A DNA stretch of 64,000 nt from Malacoraja senta (taxonomy: Eukaryota), in the NCBI GenBank assembly GCA_038087875.1, contig CM075982.1:33356001-33420000 (forward strand). The letters run 5' to 3'. Every line of letters begins with the position of its first letter. The first letter of the stretch is position 1. A program made the translations under genes and the position numbers. Shown in pieces: positions 36,275-47,785 of the stretch. The notes beneath the pieces were generated by a model, which saw nothing but the letters and a program-made list of their open reading frames with translations, ran no database searches and was not told where the DNA came from.

Positions 36275-36548
36275 GTTCGAGCCGTTGGCATCGGCTGCCA
36301 ATTCTCTGCTATGTTTAACACAGAGACAGCTTCACTATGGTCTGCCGCCACCTTGAGCAATGTAACCTATAGCAATGTCCACTTCTGGGGACAACACGAA
36401 TATGTAATTATCTCGGAGATCAGTGCGAATTTCTTTGTAGATTTGTCTCCAGTTCCCTGTGTCTTACTGCCTCTGTCTGTAGAATGGGGGCAGATTCCTC
36501 TGCAGACAGTGATCGTGTTGTGATTGGAACTGATGTAACTCAGCTCTC

Positions 36549-36554
36549 AATAAA
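36549..36554 (+). terminator. Poly(A) signal of the Ig light chain
   Basis: First AATAAA, 275 nt after the stop codon. Confidence 0.65.
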
Positions 36555-37555
36555 GAAGAAAAACTGCGGTGCTTCCATTGGTCTATTTTCACTCGGTTCC
36601 TCGCAGTACATTGAAGGGATTGACGTGGCGATCAAGAGCCGCCTTATACACAACTAAATTCAGTTCAGCTCAAACGGCTCATTCCGCTCCTCTTGATCAA
36701 TACCACTGTGTCTGCATCGACCTCTTCGCCCTCTCCCACCTGCCGCCATCTGCCGGTCCCTCTATTCTGCGTCCCGTCTCCCCTACCTCCATCGCAACCT
36801 CACGTGTTAAACCTACTCCCCATTTCCACCTACCCCCCCCCCACCCCCCCCCCCGCCTCCGCTCCCTCTGGATGTTAGATGCACAATCTCGCCGCTCTTT
36901 GGTCAAATTTGGGGGTGAGGCTGGGGATGGGGTAGGGGGGGTGTGGAGGTGGGGGACACACATGAAACACGGAGCTGGACTCTTCCGCTCTGATCCATCC
37001 GTCAAATGTTGTCCGTTCCGTTTGTAATCCGATGCACTCCAGGCACGTTGTTCGATTCTGAGGCTACCGACGCTGCAATATTCAATATGTCGGAGGGAGG
37101 GAAACATAATAACGTGACAAAAAGAAGCCGAAGTCGATCCTTCGGATCCGTGCGCTCATTGGACCATTCAACGTGATCATGGTTCACCCCTCAACCTCGT
37201 ACTGATTTCGCCAATGAACTCCCAGCCGTTATCTATAATTGTAAGGAAAGACACGCAATGCCGGAGTAACAAAGCTGCCCTGGAGCACGTGGGTAGGTGA
37301 AAATTCGGTTAGAGATCCTTCTTCAGATTTAGCTCAGAACCTATCCATGTTCTCCATGGATGCTATCCGACCCATTACCAATGTCTTTCCTTGGTAAACC
37401 AGCATCTGCAGTTGCTTGTTTGCAGTTGCCGCTATAAATGCACGAATTTCTCAGAACTTAGTAAGTGTGACGCTATCTCTCGGGAAACATTCGCTACTGA
37501 GGACAGAGTGAGTGAACACTAAAGTACACAAGAGCTGATCACCGGGTTGTGAATG

Positions 37556-38897
37556 TTTAAGAATGAACTGCAGATGCTGGTAAATCGAAAGTAGACAAAA
37601 ATGCTGGAGAAACTCAGCGGGTGAGGCAGCATCTATGGAACGAAGGAAATAGGCAACGTTTCGAGTCGAGTTCCTTCTTCAGACTGATGTGAGTGGGGGG
37701 GGGGGGGGGGGGAGAAGAAAGGAAGAGGCGGAGACAGTAGGCTGAGGGAAAGCTGAGAAGGAGAGCAGAAAGCAGGGACTACCTGAAATTGGAGAAGTCT
37801 AGATAGCCATGGGAGTCAGTGGGTGTCGGTCAGTACATCTACTTACTGACCGACATCAACTACTAACCCACTGACTCCCATGGCTATCTGGACTACATTT
37901 TATCCCACCCTGCATCCTGTAAGGACTCCATCCCCTACTCCCAATTCCTCCGTCTACGCCGCATCTGCGCCCAGAATGAGGTGTTCCACTCAATGGCATC
38001 GGAGATGTCCTCATTCATCAGGGAACGGGGATTCCCCTCTCCTATTACAGACGAGGCTCGCACCAGGGTCTCTTCTATACCCCGTAACTCTGCTCTCTTT
38101 CCCCAACCCCGACTCGTAACAAGGGCAGAGTACCCCTTGTCCTCGCCTTCCACCCTAGCAGCCGTCACATACAACAACTAATTGTCCGACATTTTCGCCA
38201 CTTCCAACGGGATCCCACCACTGGCCACATCTTCCCATCTCCTCCCCTGTCTGCTTTCCTGAGAGACCGCACCCTCCGTAACTCCCTGGTCAATTCGTCC
38301 CTTCCCACCCAAACCACCCCCTCTCCTGGCACTTTCCCTAGCAACCGCAGGAAATGCTACACTTGTCGCTTTACCTCCCCCCTCGATTCCATTCAACGAC
38401 CCAAGCAGTCTTTCCAGGTGCGGCAGAGGTTCACCTGCACCTCCTCCAACCTCATCTATTGCATCCGCTGATCTATGTGTCAGCTGCTCTACATCGGTGA
38501 GACCAAGCGTAGACTCGGTTCGCAATAACCAACATTATCTCCCGGTGGCTCAGCACTTCAACTCGCTCTCCCATTCCGAATCTGACCTTTCTGTCCTGGG
38601 CCTCATCCATGGCCAGAGTAAGGCCCAATGTAAATTGGAGGAGCAGCACCTCATATTTCGCTTGGGCAGTTTACACCCTAGCGGTATGAACATTGACTTC
38701 TCCAATTTCAGGTAGTCCCTGCTTTCTCCTCCCCTTCCCAGCTCTCCCTCAGCCTACTGTCTCCGCCTCTTCATTTCTTCTTCCCGCCCCCACCCTCACA
38801 TCAGTCTGAAGAAGGGTCACGACCCGAAACGTTGCCTATTTCCTTCGCTCCATAGATGCTGCCTCACCCGCTGAGTTTCTCCAGCATTTTTGTCTAC
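37556..38897 (+). mobile_element. Penelope-like element: 5' inverted pseudo-LTR, decayed RT end and GIY-YIG endonuclease, 3' pseudo-LTR; 16-bp TSD
   Basis: FTCTSSNLIYCIR..CQLLYIGETKRRL; LEEQHLIFRLGSLHPSGMNIDFSNF. 37594-37799 is the reverse complement of 38695-38897. CACCGGGTTGTGAATG at 37540-37555 and 38898-38913. Confidence 0.9.
38803..38836 (+). ncRNA. Minimal hammerhead-ribozyme-like motif in the Penelope pseudo-LTR
   Basis: CTGAAGA-A-GGGT(CACG)ACCC-GAAAC-GTT: core boxes, stem II and palindromic ACGT helix III. Cleavage triplet would be GUU and helix I is only about 2 bp. Confidence 0.55.
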
Positions 38898-40354
38898 CAC
38901 CGGGTTGTGAATGGTCCTATTAAAGACAGGGCTTTATTTCGTTAATACATGAGCATTTATTGATCGTTTCATTAATTAGACACACTTGATGTGAGTTACA
39001 ACCACAGACTCTCACAAATAATTCAATGAATGCCCACAGAAAAGATCATGAGGTGAAATGGGTGTCTGAGGGGTTGGGTGAAACCATTTTATTCGAGTTG
39101 ATGATTTAGGAGAAGGTGGGAGCTGGAGATTGGATGTAAAGAATAAGAAAAGACAGGATGCCGAGTTTAATGCTGCATACCGATATTGTATGTGCCGTAA
39201 GTCTCGATGAATGGTTAGAGAAGTGTATATAAAAATATGGAGATGGTCAGGGTGCAAAGACTTGTGTAGTGAAGTACGAAATTCCAACCGGATAAACAGC
39301 GTTTTTCATTGAGACCAGTCATTAAATTATAGAGCAGTACAGCACGGAAACAGGCCCTTCAGGTCACCTTACCTCTCCGACCAAGTTGGCATACCGGGCT
39401 AGTCCCATTTGGTTGTAGGCTGTGGGCCGAGCAACGAAAATGTGTCTAGAATTTAACTTTCGTCACCCATGTCTGGGAATTACTTGAAATTTTGCACAGA
39501 TTTAGACATAATATAATTGAGAAGGAAGTCATAACTCGTCAGTGCCAAAACTTGCATATTAATTAATTAAGCTAATTAAAATATATCGAAAAAGTAGGCA
39601 CCATCTAGTGTCCAATGCCGATATTACTCCACGGGGAACCTAATTCTGTGCTGCTGTTTGTTTAAACCATATATATACTTGTGAATATGACTGTAATTAT
39701 ATATAATTATATTATATAAATATAATATAACGAATATAATTGTGAGTGTGTATGTTGAGTGAGACTGGCGCAGAGGTCCGGCTCCTGAACCTGCCGAATT
39801 AATGGGTGAAGGCAGTTCCTGTGGGTTCCCCCCATTAACTGAACTCCACTGACTGCCAGTGTGCAGAGTGGGGGTCACGGCCATAGCGGGACTGGGGCAG
39901 TGCCAGGCTGGGGGAAGACTAAGGCATCTTCCACTGACAGGAAAATGCCTAACCCAAACCCTAACTCGCCCCCTTCCAGAGCTGTCCAAGGCTGGAGCTG
40001 GAGCCGTTTTGCGCTCCGTAAGTGGGCTTCGTAAGTGTGGCCGCTCAGCGCGTCCACCTCGGCCAGCATGCCCTTCTGGATCATCATGTTGATGATGGTG
40101 GGGAGCAGCACTGCCCTGCACGCCGCCCGGGCCGCCTTTAGCACCCCCATAGCGCCGGCTCCGTCAGTTCGTTGCAACACCGGCCGTCCGACAGCCCGAG
40201 CGACCCCTCGCAACACCCATCGGCGGCCCGGCAGCCCGACAGCTGACAGCCGACCGACCCTTCACAACATCCACCGACCTACAGCCAGCCCGACCGATCC
40301 TTTACAGCAACACAAAAAAAATAAATTAAAAAAAAAAAATAAAAAAAAAAAATC

Positions 40355-40995
40355 AGATCGTCTCTCACACCCCCCGCTGCTGAAAGACTCATCCATGCCT
40401 TCATCTCCTCCCGACTGGACTACTGTAACTCTCTTCTTTTCGGAATCAATTCCAGCAGCATCAAACGACTCCAACTGGTCCAGAATGCAGCCGCCCGACT
40501 CATTACCCACACCAACTCCTGGCACCACATCACCCCAGTTCTCAAAGAACTTCACTGGCTTCCCATTTCCCACCGGATCACCTACAAAATCCTGGTCCTC
40601 ACCTACAAAGCCCTCAACAACCTGGCCCCCCCTTATCTCATTGACCTCCTCTCCCCCTACCAACCCTCACGGTCCCTCAGATCCACATCAGCTGGTCTCC
40701 TCTCCACTCCGAATTCAAACCTCTGCACTTTTGGAGGCAGAGCCTTCTCCAGGGCAGCTCCCAGGCTCTGGAATTCCCTCCCACAACCGGTCCGAAATTC
40801 TGAGTCCCTCACCATCTTCCAGTCCCGCCTCAAGACCCATCTCTTCACCTCTGCATACCCTTAGTCCCATGTTCCCCTCCCCTCTGTCTTACTGCTCTAT
40901 TTTGTTTTGTTTATTCCTGACTCTCAATTGTAAAGCGACTTTGAGTCCTGAAAAGCGCTATATAAAATAAATCTATTATTATTATTATTATTATT
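40355..40995 (+). mobile_element. L2 3' fragment with (ATT)n tail
   Basis: ERLIHAFISSRLDYCNSL..LQLVQNAAA..HITPVL..LHWLP frame; TGTAAAGCGACTTTGAG...GCGCTATATAAAATAAA tail. Confidence 0.88.
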
Positions 40996-41149
40996 ATCCA
41001 CCGGCAGCCCGACAGCCCGACAGCCTGACAGCCCGACCGACCATTCAGAGCACTCACCAACCTACGGACAGCCCGACCGACCCTTTACAGCATCCAACCT
41101 GCCTACCGACAGCCCGACCGATGTTTCACAGCACTCACCGGCAGCCCGA

Positions 41150-41334
41150 CCGACAGACTTGTCGACTGATCGACTGACTGACTGATTGACCGACCGACTG
41201 ACTGACTGACTGACTGACCGACTGACCGACCAACTGACTGACCGACTGACTGATCGACTGACCCACCGACTGACCGACTGACTGACTGACTTCTGACTGA
41301 CCGACAGACTGACCGACTGACTGACCGACCGACT
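41150..41334. repeat. (GACT/GACC)n tetranucleotide tract
   Basis: Directly visible; grades out of degenerate CCGACAGCCCGACCGAC repeats at 40180-40310 and 40995-41150. Confidence 0.9.
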
Positions 41335-41924
41335 TGTTGTGGTTCGTTACTTAAACAGACAAAAACGCAAATAAAATCAGGGTGTGTGGTAAGACTCTTA
41401 CAGTATGTAGGTACAGACTATACAGAGTAATCCCACACAAAGGGACAGTGATTAAGTACGTGCATTTATACTCCAATAATCAGCGATTCGGCTATACCTT
41501 ATCTACAGCGCATAGTACAGCTTCTTGCTTCTTAAGATTGACAGCTTCTTAAGATTGACAGGTTATTTCGAGAGAGGAAGAGTTAGCCATATATGGTTAT
41601 ATGAGGAGGCTATTTTTCGGCAGATCAAGATTTTTTTTTACTGTATGACGCACATTATAATCTTATAGAGCAAGGGTAAAAGCGGAGAAAGTCTGAACAT
41701 CCTCTAAATGTTTATATTATAGAGGAGACGTTCATGAAGTGCTTGTTATCTCGCTTGTATTATTGGAAAAAAGGCACACAAATATCTTGTTAGCCTTGTT
41801 AGTGTGATAAGAGCAAAAGTTAGAGCATTCTGCTGGCTTTGCAATTAACAAGAGAAAGGTAACAGCCTGTCTGAGTTTCGGCTGAGTCAATTTTTGTAAA
41901 GTTTAAAATTTTTAAACTTACTCA
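41335..41924 (-). repeat. 3' LTR of ERV B (590 bp)
   Basis: Minus strand TGAGTAAG...CACAACA, preceded by PPT AAAGAGGAGGGAA; homologous to 51387-51763 plus 56146-56256. Confidence 0.8.
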
Positions 41925-41939
41925 TTCCCTCCTCTTTAT

Positions 41940-43950
41940 CAGTTTATGATAACATTCACAATCCCTGGAAGGTACATAATGGTTGCAAGCAGTTAACAAT
42001 AAAAATTAGAGCGATGATTAATAAAACGATAGAGCCTCAGTGTAATATAGTATTCCAATGTCCATCAAGCCAAATGAATGGCCATTTACTTCATTGTACC
42101 CATGCATGTCACTGTCAACCTTATGGATTTTCTAAATTTCTTGGGAAATGTGGGTAGCAAGGTCATTTATACTAGAGGATTCATCAGGGATCTAGGCACT
42201 ACACTCGTCTTATTACAATACAGGTTCCTCTTTGTTGATCTTTATGATCAATACTTATTTCATAGTAAGACAGATTTTAAATATACAATAGTTGTAAAAC
42301 AGTTAACACGATTATGTACAAAGATTATCAAGAATTGAGAATGGAGCTGTCAATTATCTTTATGCAGAGCTTATAAAAAAATGAAGTGTAATATGTAGAA
42401 TTCATACGTTTCAGTCTGTTACCGTTAACTCTTACACAAATTTCCCCTTTAATTGCTTCATGCCATTTATCCATGACTGTGGGATCTGCAGATTATTTTT
42501 TAACTTCTTCAAGATATCCCGGTGGAATTCCTTGCCACAGAGGGCAGTGGAGGCCAAGTCACTGGATCAATTTAAGAGAGAGTTAGATAGAGCTCTAGGG
42601 GCTAGTGGAATCAAGGGATACGGGGAGAAGTCATGCACGGGTTATTGATTGGGGACGATCAGACATGATCACAATGAATGGCGGTGCTGTCTCGAAGGGC
42701 CGAATGGCCTACTCCTGCACCTATTTTCTATGTTTCTATAAGTTCAAATGTTACAAGATACCATGAACTAGAAGCACTATGTGTCTGATTGTAATTTGGT
42801 TTTGAATCTGTCCTTGAGCTCGTAAGGGGTTATGGCATAAACCCAAAATCCTAATCAGATAAAGAAGATTGTTTAACTTACAGCAGCTAGTTCACTGCTT
42901 AACACTTCTATAGCAGTAGCCCTTCGTCGTTACAGCGCGTAAGCAGGTTGGCATGTTATTCCACCACTGCTGGCAAAGCCACAGAACAATAGGCTATCAG
43001 TCTTTATGCAGGGATATGGGGAAAAAGGCTGAACATAGGTCAATTACTGTAAAGGTGTTGGCTTCTGACGTTATAGAAGCCATAAGAATATTGGTATCAG
43101 GTACTAAAGGACTATTTTAAATAGCTCTCAGGTCTTAGACAAAACACCATTCATTACGTCTTCCCAATTTCGGGATCTATTACACAGACTTTGCATTTTC
43201 ACTATTAGTGCTCGTTGCAATAAAGACAAACATGTCAATCATAAAGACTATAGCTATCCCTTCTTCATCCTCCGGGGCCAGTCAATATTGTTTTAATTCA
43301 TGGCAAGGCAGCTCCCCTTTTTTTTATAGTCAGTTTATGTTCGGGGCTGAATACATTCATGTCACATGATTCGTATGCTTTGCCCATAGTTCGAAGAGTA
43401 CTTGGACCAGAGCCATAGTGGGCAGATCCTCAGTAGGCAGCTGTTGCTTTTCAAAGTGTCCCATTCCTTTCTGACCCATGTGATATTTCCTTCTGTGTCA
43501 TTGGCAACTTAAAACATGAATTGTCTGTATGTCCTTCAGCCATTCATCATTTTTCCTATTTCATTCTATTTCTTACCTATTTTCCTATTACTTTCGCTAT
43601 TGCTGGAGGTCGAGTAATTACGATTAAATGTGACTCAGAGGTGTCTCTCATTTCAAATCGATCCCTTTGGTGTTATTCCTAATCCCGGGACCCCAAAGAA
43701 CAAATAAGGGGTCACTGTTAATTGTTCAAGTTTATTCAACCAGGGGGAGACCCGTTCCAAGTATCGGGGATTAGGGAGGCATGTATATAATTCAGTGCAG
43801 TGCGTTTGCTTATGTTCATGGCTGGTTTTAACAAGATACCGTAAATACTGGCCTTTTTATTTTTGTGTATGGCTTCCTTTCACCTCCAGTCTTGCAGGAG
43901 GACATCCAAGTTCAAACTTCCTTTTCCCAGTTTCCAATTATTTTGCAATA
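41940..43950 (-). pseudogene. ERV B env remnant (CR1 3' fragment nested at about 42510-42740)
   Basis: Minus-strand fragments RRRATAIEVLSSELAAV and WLDGHWNTILH.GSIVLLIIALIFIVNC immediately before the PPT; many stops. Confidence 0.55.
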
Positions 43951-46284
43951 AGTTAGGTGTATCCAACGAGGATTATTTTCGAACTTCACTGTAGGTAGGT
44001 ATAGTCAGTAGTACTGAGAAGGGCTCCTTCTACCGTTCTCCAAATTTCCTCCGATCCCAATTTCTTATCAGTACGTGATCTTTTGGTCGTAATGATTTGC
44101 CGTTATGGTCAGCTGATAGTGGTTTCTGCGTTTCTCTGGTTCAGTGGTTTCTGTAAGACTAACAAGGTTCTGGTCAATTGCTGTGCATATGTAATTAATT
44201 CACACTAAGGTCATGGCCAGTCTCAGTCAAGGCAGACCCTTTAAAAATAGGTCATTAAAAAGAAAAAACAATTTTAAAATTAGTCCCAATTCTCATCCAA
44301 CAATTCTCATTCAATCTGAATTCCACATGGCCAGTGTGCAATTGAGACCTCTTTTGAATTCAATTCAAAAGGTAAGAAATAGGAAGAAATCAAACTTAAA
44401 ATACTGACAAGGTCACCAAACCTAATGCCAGGTTATGCGGCGAAGAAAATGAACAGTCCCTTTGCTGAGCTACATCCGCTGTTTAATAAAAGTTGAGAAG
44501 ACAGAGAATGCACAGTTAATTTCCACATAGATAGCCATTATATTTACAAAGAACAAATGAAAATAAAATAACTGTCCCAGGCTCAACGCTCATACAGCTG
44601 CAACTTCTTAAAGAGACACTACCTTTGAGAACACATGAGACTCTACAAAGATTCACATAAATGAGCAAGCTAATTCAATGACGTTCTATTTCATCTTAAT
44701 TATATGACTAATTCAACATTCACCCAGAACTGATTCCAGAAACAAGTAACAGTCTTTAAACTCACTCACTCTTTTCGGTGCCATTCACTCACAAATTTCC
44801 ACACCTCATGCAATATGGCAAATCTCAGATATTCACACACGTTAAAGTAATAAAATTCTCACTCAAGAGTAAAACATTCCTCAAGAAATCATGAAAAACT
44901 CTTAAAACAATGATACACCAAAAATGAGAAATTTACATTTTAATATATGTCTTGTGCTGTTATGTTGCGAATTATAAAACAGAAGCCATATGTTTCTTAA
45001 ATATAATTTAAGAAAAACAATTAGATAGCTGTCCTGTAGACAAGATTCATACATAGGCTGTATCAGAGGAAAATGTTATTTGTCAGCCAGCCATTTTACA
45101 TAACCTTGAGTTTATACCACTGGAGATACAGGATTTCATTAAATGCTTCAAAGTGCAAGCTACTTTCCACATTCTCTTCCCTCCTTATCAGCATGCAGAA
45201 GGAAGTGTATATAGTGCAAAATAAAACAAAAACATCAGGTACAAATTTAAGATGAAAGTTGCAGGAAGTCATAATTGTGTAATACAATTTCTCAGCTCCT
45301 CCTACATCCCCCTTTATTATCCCTGCTAAAATAAATTTTAATTGTCGCAAATGCATTTGCCTTGATTTACATTTAACACAGAAACCAAATTGAAGCACAT
45401 TGTTGCTGTTTCTTTACAATTCTCAACAATCCTCACAACATAATTAATTAACTTTACATCCCCTTGTCTGAAAGAGCCGTTATGTTAACTAGAATCTTTG
45501 GTGCTGCGTGGACCAATGTGCAGAATTCGTAATCTGCTGTGTGGGCAATAATGTCAGCTGGGACATTCCCCCCGGGAGACTTCGTTGTGGCCACTTGTAT
45601 GGGCATTGCACTTAATAATGGCCAGTTGGACTGGGAGGGTTAAGGCATGCAGTAGCTGGTGCAGTAGCAAGCGCTGTTTTTAAGTTGCGAAAGTCTTCTT
45701 CTTGTTGGAGTGAAATAGTTAGAGAGAGAGTTTCCTTTGTGCCCTGGTGGAGACACCAATGTATCCACTGCCAGTAGAAATTAACCAAGCCCAGAAACGG
45801 GATTGGTCCGATTACTCACAGACTTTGATTACTCACAAACAGGTCAGAGTCTTTTGTTTCAAGTTTGTTTTAAACTGTACCGACTGTTGGCTGCAAAATG
45901 TTAAAGTTCTTGGGGCAAAAGTGAGCAGCCTCGATTCTTGCGGGGTAGTTAAGGTACAGTGCCTCGAAAGCCAACAGCTCGACATCCTGCTTTATATTTT
46001 GTTTTCTCTTTCTCTGGTGCTCTGCGTTGTTTAACTCTCTCACTGCTGGATGCATTACTGCTCGTCCTCTTCTGCCTTAAGCCCACTCCCTTCTTTTTCC
46101 TAATCTTCCTTATTAGTTCTTCCTTCTTCTGGGGGCGTACTGGAGCCCCTTCCTCTTAACGGGATCTTAGTGTGGTAGCTCCTGCTGATAGTGACTGGTG
46201 GCCAGGGCATGGGGGGGGGGGGGGGGTGGTCTACACAATTTCCAATTGTTTCTCACCCCGAATTTGTTCCTCATCCCCCCTCAC

Positions 46285-46930
46285 TTTCATAGCAAAAAGA
46301 TTTGAGCATAGGAGCAGGGAGGTTCTACTGCAGTTGTACAGGGTCTTGGTGAGACCACACCTGGAGTATTGCGTACAGTTTTGGTCTCCAAATCTGAGGA
46401 AAGACATTCTTGCCATAGAGAGAGTACAGAGAAGGTTCACCAGACTGATTCCTGGGATGTCAGGACTTTCATATGAAGAAAGACTGGATAGACTTGGCTT
46501 GTACTCGCTAGAATTTAGAAGATTGAGGGGGGATCTTATAGAAACTTACAAAATTCTTAAGAGGTTGGACAGGCTAGATGCAGGAAGATTGTTCCCGATG
46601 TTGGGAACGTCCAGGACAAGAGGTCACAGTTTAGGGATAAAGGGGAAATCCTTTAGGACCGAGATGAGAAAAGCATTTTCCACACAGAGAGGGGTGAATC
46701 TCTGGAACTCTCTGCCACAGAAGGTAGTTGAGGCCAGTTCATTGGCTATATTTAAGAGGAAGTTAGATGTGGCGCTTGTGGCTAAAGGGAACAGGGGGTA
46801 TGGAGAGAAGGCAGGTACAGGAAACTAAGTTGGATGATCAGCCATGATCATATTGAATGGCGGTGCAGGCTCGAAGGGCCGAATGGCCTACACCTGCACC
46901 TATTTTCTATGTTTCTATGCTTCTATGTTT
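46285..46930 (+). mobile_element. CR1 3' fragment with tail, nested in ERV B
   Basis: ORF 46172-46828 from FIAKRFEHRSREVLLQLY onward; CTATGTTT tail. Confidence 0.9.
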
Positions 46931-47299
46931 CTCTCTGAAAACAATGTCACCATGTCAGACAAGGGTTCCCCGGGAATATGTTGCTTAGGTTTCCAATTTT
47001 ACATACCAATTGTTTAATATTATGTTGGCCAACCATATTCTCTCTTTTTTTAAATTAATAATGCAATTTTTACGTTTTCCTGGTTCCAAATAACACATTT
47101 ACCGAAGTTCTCACATCCCGAGCCTATCCAATTACCGGCTCAATATCGGCTTAATACTAGAAACAGCCTACTTAGTCTGAGACAACAATCCCAAAAATGG
47201 TCTTACCTTGCGATGTCTGTCCTGAAAGATCTTGGCAGGGAACCAGATCACTTCAGACGAAGGTCCACAGTGTTCCTGGGTTCTTAGGCACATAAAAAA

Positions 47300-47785
47300 A
47301 CATAGAACATAGGTGGAGGAGGAGGCCATTCAGCCCTTCGAGACAGCACCGCCATTTATTGTGAGCATGGCTGATCGTCCCCAATAAATCACCCGTGCCT
47401 GCCTTCTCCCCAGATCCCTTGATTCCACTAGCCCCCCTAGAGCTCTATCTAACTCTCTCTTAAATCCATCCAGTGATTTGGCCTCCACTGCCCTCTGTGG
47501 CAGGAAATTCCACAAATTCACAACTCTCTGGGTGAAAACGTTTTTTCTCACCTCAGTCTTAATTGGCTTCCCCTTTGTTCTAAGACTGTGGCCCCTGGTT
47601 CTGGACTCGCCCAACATTGGGAACATTTTTCCTGCATCTAGCTTGTCCAGTCCTTTTATAATTGTATATGTTTCTATAAGACCCCCATCACCTTCTAAAC
47701 TCCAGTGAATACAAGCCTAGTCTTGACAGTCCCGCCATCCCTGGATGAATCTCGTGAACCTACGCTGCAATGCCTCAATCACAAG
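47300..47785 (-). mobile_element. CR1 3' fragment (same subfamily as 30867-31255)
   Basis: ORF 47330-47626; GAAACATATACAATTATAAAAGGACTGG matches the rejoined Helitron B target site. Confidence 0.88.

Noticed and set aside
40312-40355. Poly(A)-like tract before the L2 fragment as a retrocopy tail
   Set aside because: No upstream transcript-like body or TSD is identifiable; probably junction filler.
44200-45480. Host gene exons within the AT-rich stretch
   Set aside because: Short ORFs without motifs; lies between ERV B integrase and RNase H remnants.
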